A stretch of 57,948 nt of DNA, counting the filler, from Sphacelaria rigidula (lineage: Eukaryota), in NCBI GenBank assembly GCA_964200075.2. It is 8 parts of 8 records of this genome, joined end to end, with 100 filler letters (N's around TTAATTAATTAA, not from the genome) between each part and the next. Parts side by side here need not be neighbours in the genome. Positions count along the whole stretch, not along the records: positions 7,257 to 14,412 come from CAXNAA020016208.1; positions 14,513 to 21,668 come from CAXNAA020016209.1; positions 21,769 to 28,924 come from CAXNAA020016210.1; 5 more parts are not named here. One strand, given 5' to 3'. Below, piece by piece: positions 12,036-23,614 of this stretch. Positions within the stretch are counted from its first letter, which is position 1. Every line of letters starts with the position of its first letter. The position numbers were made by a program, and so were the translations under genes. A model generated the notes under the pieces. That model had not been told where the DNA came from. It saw only the letters and a list, made by a program, of their open reading frames with translations, and did not search any database.

Positions 12036-12668
12036 ACGGCTGCACAGCTTCCGCAGCTGTCTGGAGCCTGATGTCCCGAAACGCCCCGACGTAATTGTAG
12101 GCCCTCTGGTTCGTTGACTCATGCAATATCGTTCGACCTTTGTGCTTTTTATCAACTGTTTTGGCTAGGTTGTTTCACTTTTGCTCTGGACGTCTGCAGT
12201 GGCGTGCTGATGAACCATCCCGGATAAGCTCGTGCATAAAGCCGTTCGTTGGTGGCGCACTGCGTGGGTTGCATGTAATGAAGTGCAATGCGGCGGGTAC
12301 GGAGCACAGGGCACCCACGGGGCAAAACAAACTACATAACCCACGCTCAACTATTTATGCTCAACGTGCGTATGGTAGGTAGACAGAACAAAAGAGTGCG
12401 AAGAGCCGAAGCAGCATTCCATCATAGTACACTGTACATACTCTCATAGTACACTGTACGTGCTCTCCAAACATCCCAGTGACACAAAGACGTAAACTTC
12501 AAAAGCACTGTCTACTACATGCTGAATAATGTTGCAGGTAAGATACGCTGTGGACACTACAATTTGTGAACATGCACACTATTTACTCTATATAAAAGAA
12601 GTAATATTTTCCCTGATCCGACCCACACGCCAGCAAAACCCTCTCCTCCGAAGGTTTGTCGTCGGAGC

Positions 12669-14412
12669 GTGCCAGTGTTGACTCTACACAAGCAAGGGTT
12701 GGACACCATGTCATGGTACGATATTCACCACCTGGGTAGGAAGATGTCAGTTCAGTGGGCACCGGGACTAGCAGGCCCAAACACAATCATTAGTATCGAA
12801 GCCGTTGAGTTCGACATTACCGAGTGCAAAATCAGCCACCGCACCAGTGGTCAGGTGTCATGTCATGAGCCGCGCAGGCTGCAGCACAACATGTGTTGCA
12901 TGAAGGTCAGGCTTACATTTGTGAAGACCAGAGAATCCTCTGAGATAGCAGTCCATGATGGCGTAGATGCTCTTGTATTATTGGCGTACAGGCTAACTTG
13001 TGCTTTGCTAGTTGAGATGCATAGTCCGAAACGCTGTGACCACAAAGGGGCGGCCAGGTCAATTCAATCAAACAATAGTATGACCCATCAGGTACCAAGC
13101 ATGACAAAGTATGACAAATGGAACCCAGCCGACTGGAACATGACCAATAAATCTGTAGCATTTGCACAACTGGGACCCACATGACTTAGATATGGCGTTG
13201 TTAGAGGCTTCACGTCAAAACTAAATTCCAATGTCACAAAGTGAAGTTGGTTTCTACTGTGGGTAAAAGTTCGACTAGCTGATTTTTTGCGACACCGTTT
13301 TTGCGTCAGGATTCTTGCGACCTGATTCTTGAGATCGAATTCTTGCGACAGATTTTTTGCTATTTTGTTTTAGTCTAAAACCCCTATCGATTTCGTTTTG
13401 GGGGAGATCACCTAGTCAAACGGACACCAAACGCATCCTGCTCCAAGGGGGACCTGAACAAACAGCAGTCGCCGCTGCCCACCTAGTATCATCCTCCGAA
13501 TCGAAGTCTTGAGTAAGAACCCCCAGCGTTTGGTGCCCATGTACAAGGATCATCTACATCGAGTGTCATGCTCCAAAACGTACCTGACAAAGGGGCAACA
13601 CCCCCGTGTAGACAGTAGCAGTGCTAGCGGATCCTACGTCCTGACAGTCTGTGACAGCCTGGCAGCCGACAAGGTGGTTATGGTAGTGTCCTTCTAACGA
13701 TATCAAGTCACAGTGCACTGGAGCAGAGCTTGCAGGTAAATATTTCGGCGATTGCCTCACCTGCAGTTCGCCCAGCGGATTTTACTCGATATCATCGAGT
13801 GACATCACATACATATACAGGTGGAAACGTTCCAGTCCCTCCGTTTCATTAAAAGTCGAGATGTACCAGACCCTGCATTATGTATGGAAAATGTACGCAA
13901 CCGTGAACAAAATAATCTACAGACAGTACGAACATGATGTGGAAAGTGTACTGCGCAACATCGAGGGTGCTGTGTGTGTTGTCGTCCCATCTATTCTGGA
14001 CGTCGGTCTCCGCCTTCCGGCATATGTGGGCGCACCAGCCGCGGCTGTGTTACCGTACAGCCTCGCCCAAGCTACAGGCAGCCCACCAGGTTTGAAAGAA
14101 GGACAGCATAGTTTTTGAGACCGCATGTAGCGGCCACGGGGGCACACAGAGTTTCTCCTCTATGAAAATGCCAGTCTTCCTAACTGCAAACACTTTGGTG
14201 CCCGTTGGTTTCTAATAAGAACGATAAATTGTCGATTTGTGATGGTACTGTACTGATTCGCAGATGCCAATGACAGGAAAGATCCATAGTGCTGTTCGAC
14301 AGTATCTTCGAACGCTTGAACGGACCCAAAGCGGACAGTTTCCCTCGGGTTAGGAGAGTCATTTCAACCATGTCGATGTACTTTGAAAAAACGAACTCTT
14401 TCGTTTTCAAAG
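12669..14412 (+). pseudogene. Decayed Cys/His-rich coding relic, possibly a CxC/KDZ-type transposase
   Basis: Protein-like pieces in shifting frames: LTCALLVEMHSPKRCDHKGAA; VEMYQTLHYVWKMYATVNKIIYRQYEHDVESVLRNIEG; LWCPLVSNKNDKLSICDGTVL. It is interrupted by stops and a SINE fragment. Confidence 0.3.
13968..14042 (-). mobile_element. 3' fragment of tRNA-derived SINE family 1
   Basis: tgtgtgtgttgtcgtcccatctattctggacgtcggtct...gggcgcaccagccg matches 21316-21391. It is flanked by a repeated gctgtgt. Confidence 0.75.
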
Positions 14413-15571
14413 NNNNNNNNNNNNNNNNNNNNNNNNNNNNNNNNNNNNNNNNNNNNTTAATTAATTAANNNNNNNNNNNNNNNNNNNNNNNNNNNNNNNN
14501 NNNNNNNNNNNNCAGTACCAATGTACCGCGCAGATATCGGAACGGCTTTTAATGTGAAGACAACAACAACAACAACAATAATAATGAGGTGCTTGGCGAC
14601 GATCATGATGTTACTGGACGCTGGTGCTGGTGGGACATGGAATGAAAACGTGGGCCCCAAACCATTCAGCATGCATCTGTCGTTTTCAATAGTAACAGGT
14701 GAAAGTGAAAAGTGGATGGCAAGCTTACAATTGTACACCCACCGTTGAAAACAGATCGTGGAAGCGGACAGTCATACAGCCTCCACGCCCCAACAAGTTC
14801 CACTTGCCAAATCCCAGTTCGTCGTCGTCATAAAGCAAAAATAGAATTAATATACTGTTTTGACACACCGTGCCGATATGATATGTCGTACAGGGTTGCT
14901 ACCCTCCATATTGCCCTGAACGCATATTTCTGGGACTTCCCATTGAAAAAGCGGAAAATCGACAAATTTACTTCTATACCCGCCGCAAGAGCGGTTTCCT
15001 CTCGACGTTGTCCGAGGCGCTCAGATTCCAAGTCTGGTTGAAGAACGATCAATGCCTGCGGTCCCCTTATATCGACAAAAACGTCGGGTCATTCCCGGCT
15101 ATGTTTCCACCTTGGGCGCGAAGAGCAGACGGCACACGATTGGAGCTACCCCATATCGGAGAGATATCCGCTACTGATGGGCGTTTTTTTCACCGTACAT
15201 GGGCTAGCTTCACCTCCGTGGGGCAGATGCGATTTCAATGACCAGATTCACCTAACACAACAACAGGAAAGGACAATGCAAAACTCAAACTAGCGAACTG
15301 CTGACGAAGGTATCGAAAGTTCGACTCAGCCCCGGTAAAAACATGCTCGGGGAGAATTAAAATCAGGTGTCATCGTGTAGCAGCAGCGGTACTTAGTATA
15401 AACACTTGGCGGAACACACCAACTTCCTCTTGGTGTACCAAGGCACGCCACAAGATTACCTCGCAACTCCATGCCTGTATCGCTAACTTTCAATGGGAGC
15501 TACAGCCCTCGTACCTGAAAAACATATCACACACTGAACAAAAACATCGTCCGATCAGCCCCCTCACCTCC

Positions 15572-15609
<38 letters not shown>

Positions 15610-15875
15610 TCCCCTGACCAACAAGCCCCGAATGTTTGAGCGATGAACACCAAGACTTTGTACATGTATAGACTACTGAGTGGGTAGCAGATGTTAGACA
15701 AAATCGGGCGCAAAACGGTTCGCAAAATGAAGACAAACAGACGAAATCCCGGCCAGCGAACGGCTATGTATCAGGACTTTGTGTAAACGCCATGCGTAAT
15801 GCCGGCCAAACGGAAACGCTTTGCAACAACATACACGCCTTCCCTACAGAATCCATGCATGGTTGGGAGGGATGG

Positions 15876-18800
15876 TCATATTTCCGTGCTGTTGATGATC
15901 TTGAGACTGCTTTGCAGCTTCGACGTGTAACGGTTCTGGAGAGGTACGGTACATGAAGACAAACAAAGCGACGCAAACAGGACAAAACGATCACACGAGC
16001 AGAACAGGGCGGGGTGAAGGAATTAGGGGATCGAGGAGTGTACTCATGATCATGCATGCCATAGTCACATGATCATTGACCTCGCATCTCCACAAAGCCG
16101 GGACGGAGCACGCTGGGTTTTCGCCGGACCAGGGTCGCACTCAATCGCCAAGCGAGAAGCGCCAGGGTAGGGGTGAGATGTGTATTAGCGTTCATCATGC
16201 CACGAATTTGGTCAATCACCGCCTCTGTGTGAAACGAACACTGTTGCCATGGTCATGAGTCAACGTCAGCTGGGGGCGGGCGGGGGCGAAACTCTCATGT
16301 TTGCACGCCTTAGGCCGCCTCACGATGACGGAGCGTTGTCCTCAATTGAGCTATCGCCGATGGTCGGTCGACCTCCTTTACTTCACCGAAGGTGGCTCAC
16401 AACGGTTTAATCAACTCTCCTCACTTCCCCGGATCTGATTAGGTGTTCCTACTCCGTACCACTTTGTTGTTCCTAAATCGAAACCCTGATCTCTGGTTGT
16501 GGACACACTAATCAAAGCACGAAAAATGGAGTATTCGCAATGAAAACGTGTTGCTAAGGTTTGGGGTTTGTTCCGCCATTCTCCTCAGGATAGCCATATA
16601 AAAACCATGAACGCGATCTTGAAATAATACTCCCAACATAATGGTAGAATAGCGTCTACCTCCTCGTAATCCGGCACTGCGATTACTACTCCCAACATGT
16701 CGACAAATCTTCTAATACCGCGCGGGCCTGAGGTAAAATCCTGTGTTATACCATGGTGTTACAGTGTAAACTCGCGCAAGAGCATGAGCTAAGAACTGTT
16801 TGACGGAATCCGCGGTCCGCAGGAGTGCCGACCAAATAAATGCTTGAAAGCAAGTTCTCACGTAGGTACCGCGGGAGAGACGGGTTGATCCCTGGAGACA
16901 GCGGACTTGCCCCCGCGCAGGGAGGGGGGGAAGGTCGAACGTATGACGAAAAAGAAGAAACACACAAAGGACAGCAATGCAAATACTCACAAGGGCGTCG
17001 ACGATTTCTCCGTCGTCTCGTTCTCGAGTCTGCCTCTCTATAGACACTGAATTTCTCAGGTTAGCCAGCTCCTCGTGCACGAACGACTGGAACTTCTCGT
17101 CTCCTTTCATGCGCGACCGTATATTCTCGTCCAAAATTCGCCTCAGGTCCGCGTACGTGTTCTCCCGAGAGGTCTGCAAAATTTGTAATTGTAGAGAATT
17201 TTCAAGGGGGATAGCTGGAGGATGACCGAGGAGAGGAAGGGGAAATCCGTGACACAAATCACGTCATGGATCATGGATGGAAACGCGAAATACAGAAGAC
17301 GGAACAAACCTCTAGCTCTCACATCATTTTCTCTTCATCAATATCGAAATTACAGTTCCTCACCCCATGCCGCGTTGAAGGCTGCGAAGACGTCCGATTG
17401 GCGGTTTGCAAAGCAATTCCGGGATACGTTCCCCTCCACCCCGGACCACGGAGAGCGGACCAGGATCAACACCAACCAACTGTGTTGCTTTAGTTAATAC
17501 GCCTATTGTTCGCGCCGGCATTGCGCAGTGATGCACACACTTCACGTGTCTAGAGTCTGTACCCTTCTGTGGCTTACAAGCGTTCAGGTATACCTGATCG
17601 TGTCGTGTGTCAAGAAACAGACGGTGGAATGACTGTTTCACTCACTCTTTCTGCGTCGAAGTCTGCAGTCACGTCTTGCTCGTGATCCGCCAGCTGTTTC
17701 AGGATCCGCCCCTCCCTCTCCAAGCGCGACAGCCTCTCCGCTTCAAATTTGCCCTCGAAATCCATCTAGACATTTACGCACGCGATGGCACGCGGGGGTC
17801 ATGAATATATCTCATCCCTTCTTCTTGATTTGTTTCCCCAGTACTGTACAATCCAAAATGCACTTGAACAATATTCATAGCAACAAACAACGGTGTAAGA
17901 TCCGAAAAATAATTACAGCAACACGCAGACACCACAGGAGTCCGACACTGGATAAAGGTAAAATCATGGACGTACGACTTGAAGATATTGAAACACTCCA
18001 CAACCGGTCCGAATAAAGTACTTGTGTGTTACCCGAAAACTTTGAATATTCCAGGTATTAGTAGCTCATAGAGTTTGAAACTGTACAGTATGAACCGTGA
18101 ACCTTTCAAAAAAATATTGCCTCGACCATACCGTTGCGAGGACAGAACCTGACCATCCAAGTAGATGTTTCCAAACAAGGAGACCGCACGAGCTGGGCCA
18201 GCCTAGTAACGGATTTAACCTCTCGAAGCAATATCTCGTCGACATAGACGAGTTGGGCCATGGTCCGCATATAGTACTTATCGTCTAACCAAGGGGGAGG
18301 TACCCATCTGCTGAAACGCCTGGCCAATATCTCCTCGTTGATTATGGCGCACATAAGGTTCCATGCAAAAATCAATATATCACGAGCAGAGGCACTGGAT
18401 GCCCTAAATCTGGATATCGCATCTCAGTTTTTGAGAGTTATGCTACGAAACTTCGTATGGAGAACCGCTAGTGCATGATACAAGAAGATTTTTTTTTTTC
18501 ACCATTTTACGGGTTTTCACGGTAGTTTTGAGAAGAAATGAACACTGCTATAGGGCCTTATCTCAATTTTCAGCTCAATTTTTGGGATTGTGATTTGAAC
18601 ATCAGCATTTAGAAAGGTATGCTGAATAAAAAAATGGGCCCTGCTTTTTTCTTGGGGGGGTGAAGAGGTTCGGGCGTTCTCGTGAAAAAATGGCCGTTAC
18701 CGTACTAAAACGCCCTTCACCAGTGAAAAATAAATAAATACAAACCTGACCCCCTTTTTTTATTCAGCATGCCCGTGCGAGGTCCTACACAAAATTTCAA

Positions 18801-21006
18801 TACACGAACACCAAACGTGGGCCGGTAAGTGGCCTGCAAAATACTGTTCCGATTTCCTACAGACCCCCATACTAAACGGCCTATCCACCGGCCAATACTC
18901 AGAGTTGGACCCTGAAATTCGGCATGGACAATGAATAGGGCACGATGAAAAAAACATCACGCGTGTATCCAAATATTATTTTTTTTGTCATGAGTTAAGG
19001 GCAATAATCGGTTTTCAAGTATCAGTACAATGCCCTCAACCAAAAAAAGCAGTTTTGAGTACACGAGATTTTATTTTTTATTTTGACCTAATCATTGTCC
19101 ATACCAAATTTCTGGGTCCACCTCCAAATGTTAGCCGACGAACGGGCCTGCAAACTACAAATCCGCCTCTAGGCTGGCCGAGCTTGTACGGTTAGCCGTA
19201 GCCTCGTGTACAAACCTTTCCCCATGCGAAACAGAAACACACAGAGGATAAGGGTGCCTGTGTGTCTGCTGGCTACAATGCTCACTACAGAATGTCGGGT
19301 GAAGTAACCGTGTTGGCATCGCTTCAATGTCGTTCGATACTTCCGGAGGTGCCTCTAGGGTTGACTTTAGGTGGACCTGACTTCCCAGTTTGTTGTATGC
19401 ACCGGCGCTGTAGACCCCAGCACAGATGCGAGCATCTGAAACAAGATATAAGCGACTAACGCTTCTTCTTGGACGAAGCGCGGAAACTTCATATTTTCAA
19501 ACGTTTGTCGATTCGACCAATTGACAGGTAAAACGAGAGCTTTCAGCCGCAGGGTCACGCAGATATCCTGTTTCTTGGTGTCTGATCCGACCACCACAGG
19601 CTATGACCTGCCCATTGAGCGATTGAAACCAGCAGCGGTGTTGCGATTGATCGACCTACTCTCGGAAAAATCCGAGAAAATGATCTGACAGTCTCGAGGA
19701 TTCACGGATTAAGTCAGCAAAAGTTACAGTTTGGCGCTGTGAGGCACAAGTTCCGTTTGAGCCACGCCACGAGGTCTATACCGACAATCTCCACTCGCTA
19801 GCTGACTCGAAGTGAATCAGGGTCTCCTCATCCCCAAGGACGAAAGGGTACAATATCTCACGAATAGCGTGTTCCAAGTAGGTGCTAGGATCGCGAGTCA
19901 GATTTTGGAAATGAATCCCAGTAGATCGATGAAAGTAGAAGAAGCCAGGGACGGGTTAATATCCGCTGCGCAAGGGTTTGATGAGTGACAAAATATACCA
20001 GACATTCGTGGCAGGCGAAAAAACTGCAACTTCTGCTCTGCTTTGTTTGCAATGACATGGGCAAATATACCGGAATTGGTGGTATTGGCTATTGAATTTC
20101 GAAACGCTGCACTATCGGGGAGAATAACGAACGACACGTTCAAAATGAAACAGCCTCTTTGTCGAAGACAGGAAAATTAGCTACTGCCGTACCGTCCAGG
20201 GAAGCGTGAAACATTTCAATCATGTTCTTCAAGTGGATTTCTCGCATTGATTCGCTGGCCCGGGTACATCAGCCAGCACAGGAACCGTACTTTTGTATCG
20301 TATATCATGAGCGGGCCAAGACAGTGCGTGTCAGCAACCAGCTCCCCCCAAGATGTGGTCGTCCTCAATTTTGATGCCGAGAGGGAACAACCCTCCGACT
20401 ACGAGGGATTTTGGTGTCTTCAATGCAAGATCACTGATAAATGGAATCCGAGTTCGAAAACGTCCGTGATAGGTACACAGGAACACAAGTTGATCCCCAC
20501 ACCCTCAAGACTTGTTCAAAGAGCATGTGATATTCCCTCTTCTCTCCGTACATGGTACGTCACAAACTCAATATGAAAAATGCTCTTCACAGGGTGGAGA
20601 AAAAAGACACCCTGGTGTTGCAGTGACCTGTGTAACCATGATACATTTCGTCCGTGGACACAAAACCCCGACAAGCACGACACACTATAAAGGGGAGCGG
20701 AAAACTGAACAGCCCATTACTATCGATCTCGTGAGTGAACACAAAAGCACAGCAACAGACACACCATGATCTTCTAGACACAAACGTGCATACAAACAAA
20801 CAAGCCCGACTCACGAGCATCTTCGTGAGCTCCTGGCCGCGCCGCTCGATATCCACAGGTATCTTCGCCATTTCCACGTCAAACTTCGCTTCCAATTGAT
20901 CGATCTTGCCCACGATGTCTTCAAGCTTGGAGGTTATCGCCGCGCTTCGAGCCTGAATCATAGACCCCAGCTGTTCCGTCATTTGCTCTACCTCGCTCTC
21001 TGCCCA
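15876..21006 (-). CDS. SF-assemblin / beta-giardin family coiled-coil protein, last four exons
   Basis: Four exons joined by three phase-0 GT-AG introns: 21006-20815 (WAESEVEQ...IPVDIERRGQELTKML), 17765-17646 (MDFEGKFEAERLSRLEREGRILKQL...AER), 17173-16991 (TSRENTYADL...ERQTRERDDGEIVDAL), 15935-15876 (NRYTSKLQSSLKIINSTEI*). ERxxRLEREGRI and REREDxEIVxALNRYTxKLQxSL are SF-assemblin signatures. Confidence 0.9.
18877..19150. mobile_element. Degenerate MITE with ~70-bp inverted ends, intronic
   Basis: ggaccctgaaattcggcatggacaatgaatagg (~18907) is the reverse complement of cctaatcattgtccataccaaatttctgggtcc (~19087). Confidence 0.55.
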
Positions 21007-21315
21007 CTGTCGGCCGGGTTGCCACAGGTAGTGGGGGCAGCGGGAGTGGGATGATAAACGCTTTTGCGAGACGCGCTCACAAAAATACTCACATTTGATA
21101 AATAGGTCGCCCACCTTGTTTTTTCTGTGTAACTTGATCGAACGACCGACATAACCGTCGCAAAGATAAGGCAACCATTTTTCTTAATTTTTTTTCCCAG
21201 TTCTTTTGGGTTCGAATTACCTGTATTAGCAAACCGAGTTATCTTTTACTTCTTTTCACCGTTGGGGGGGGGGGGTATTCAGTGGATGGCAACCTTCAAT
21301 CGGATCCGCTATACA

Positions 21316-21668
21316 TGTGTGTGTGTATTGTCGTCCCATCTATTCTTGACGCCGGTCTACACCTTTCGGTATATATGGGCGCATCAGCCGGGGTCACACA
21401 GGAGGAAGGTCAACACAGGAGCTCATTATTTTTTCTTATTTTTTTCGTACCCCACCTTCCTTCTGCGGTGCTTTCCTTTTTTCTTCATCGCGAGAGGGGT
21501 TCAGCAGTCCCTTTTCCTCGTCGACCGTTGAGTTGTTTTTTTGTGTACCCACGACATAGTTGCTCTCCACTGTTCGGCATGGTGTGACAAAAAATCCCAG
21601 ATCGCTCCGAGAATTGAACCCCACGACCCAACCGTCAGAAGGTTTCGAGGTTACCAAGTGAGCCACCG
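21316..21668 (-). mobile_element. tRNA-derived SINE family 1
   Basis: The minus strand begins cggTGGCTCACTTGG (A box)...ggGTTCAATTCtc (B box), then a ~270-bp body and a (CA)n tail. A homologous copy is at 31406-31735. Confidence 0.85.
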
Positions 21669-21892
21669 NNNNNNNNNNNNNNNNNNNNNNNNNNNNNNNN
21701 NNNNNNNNNNNNTTAATTAATTAANNNNNNNNNNNNNNNNNNNNNNNNNNNNNNNNNNNNNNNNNNNNTCCCCCCCCTTTTTGCGAAAGTGATTTATGGT
21801 CCAAAACAAAAAAAAAAAAAAAAAAAGGGGGCCCCCCCCCCCCCCCATTTTTTGTCGAATGCGTTCGGTCTCCGGTCCCATTTATCGCGAAG

Positions 21893-23560
21893 AGCCCGGT
21901 ACGAGTCTGTCGATGTGAAGCTAGTCCTGAGGCGACAAGGCGAAATCGTGTATGGCAGGGGAAAGGAATCTGCATCCAATAAGTCTCGCAGGTGATACTC
22001 CAACTGCTTCTGCTGCGCTTCGGTTGGTGTAGGTTGACCTTGTCATGAGCCTAAACAAACTGTTCCGTCGAACAATCCTGCGGGGCGACAACTCAGGAAC
22101 TCGCTGATGCATAATGCGCTCACCGGTCTTGTGATCTGTAAGGCGAGGAAAACGGAGGATGCAGGGCCACGCCGGAAGCATGTGGCAGAGCCTAGGTGTG
22201 CCAATCGTACTATAGGGTCACCAACCAGTGCACTCGATGTTAGTGATATCGCGGCTGGGCTGCAAAGGAGCTACTGTAGTGCCGGGTCAGCACATGGTAT
22301 CAAGCACGTGTGTTCTGGATTAACGGGAAATCGCCTTCATTGAATTGCCCGGACCAGTCGCCACACTGTCAGATCAACGACGATGTGCATGGTCCTTTCT
22401 TCGTCGCCGTCCTTTTCCGACTATTTTTGCGACCCAAACGGAAGCTGATGCCAACCAACTACTACTTTCGTAGGGTTAACGCGTTGGGAGAAGCGCTGCC
22501 TACGAAGCAGAGTAGCCTGAAACGTTCGTCGCGACCTCGACCCAACCAGGACAAGAAGGATGATCAGCAATCAGCTTTGCCGAACAGGAAAATCGTCATA
22601 CAGCCGCTCGAATGGTGAGAACCAGCCCACCACTGCACTGCCATCCGTTAATACTATTATAGAAGTATTTTGCCGAATTCCACACAAGCATTATAGTACG
22701 TGTGTCGAGAGAGTTGTGATCCATAAGACATAAGACATGATGAGACGAACGACAGCACGTGCTTTAGGTGTAGTTTCATGTCCAACTGACTGTACCTTCG
22801 CTGTACTGATAGGTGCCACATGTCGGATTATCGCAGCACGGAGGCGTCAACACTGATGCTCAAGAGTCTGCGCAAGGATTTCGTGGCGAACGGCCTCTTT
22901 GTGGTATGACTGATGTTACCACCCGTGTACAAGGCGCTCCTTGAAGTTAAACGGCATTGGCAGCAGGCATACGCCTGAAAATGAGTGCATCTAAGACCAA
23001 GGGGTAATCGATGATAGTTGCGAAGGTACACAACCCTTCACGTGACACAAAATGGACAGGGAAGGGACGGAGGGGAGGGGAGTGGCCATCAGAGTTGGCT
23101 GACTACCAGAGGTTAGTACAGTATCACCGAATTGCTTAATATGAGTGAAACCGCGATACATTACTGGAGCTTAGTATGTGTGATACAAGCCATTGAGTTA
23201 TCGAGTAAGGCCAAAGATGTACTTATTTAGGTGAGTATAATTGTTTGATATGGGTGTGTTGTCTGAGGAGGAAGAAAACGAAAACCATGTGGCGCAAGCA
23301 AGACCACCATCGGAAACTCAAGCCTCGAACCTCATCCAGTAGGGCCCCAAACCGCTTGAAAATGCTGTCGTGTGCTACCCAGCAATGCTAGCAGCTCCAT
23401 TGACGGCGTATTTGATGACTTTAATACACGGTGAAGGCGTGGAATACTAGGCTATGTTGTTGACCATATGTGCACACGAATATACTTCCTATATTTACCG
23501 AAATCCGAGGCGAGCCTACGTCTGTGACCACGGGTTCGCGAGATCGGACTAATGTGCGGA

Positions 23561-23614
<54 letters not shown>

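Noticed and set aside
11435-12155. Long poly-Leu/Cys/Val/Ala ORFs (also 2912-3374, 3529-3951, 6175-6645)
   Set aside because: They are stop-free readings of CAA/CAG microsatellites.
12206-12240. Hammerhead ribozyme cores at CTGATGA matches (also ~51957)
   Set aside because: No correctly placed GAAA or supporting stems.
18100-20460. Nested gene or transposase in the large SF-assemblin intron
   Set aside because: Only short stop-ridden protein-like stretches with no motif I can identify.
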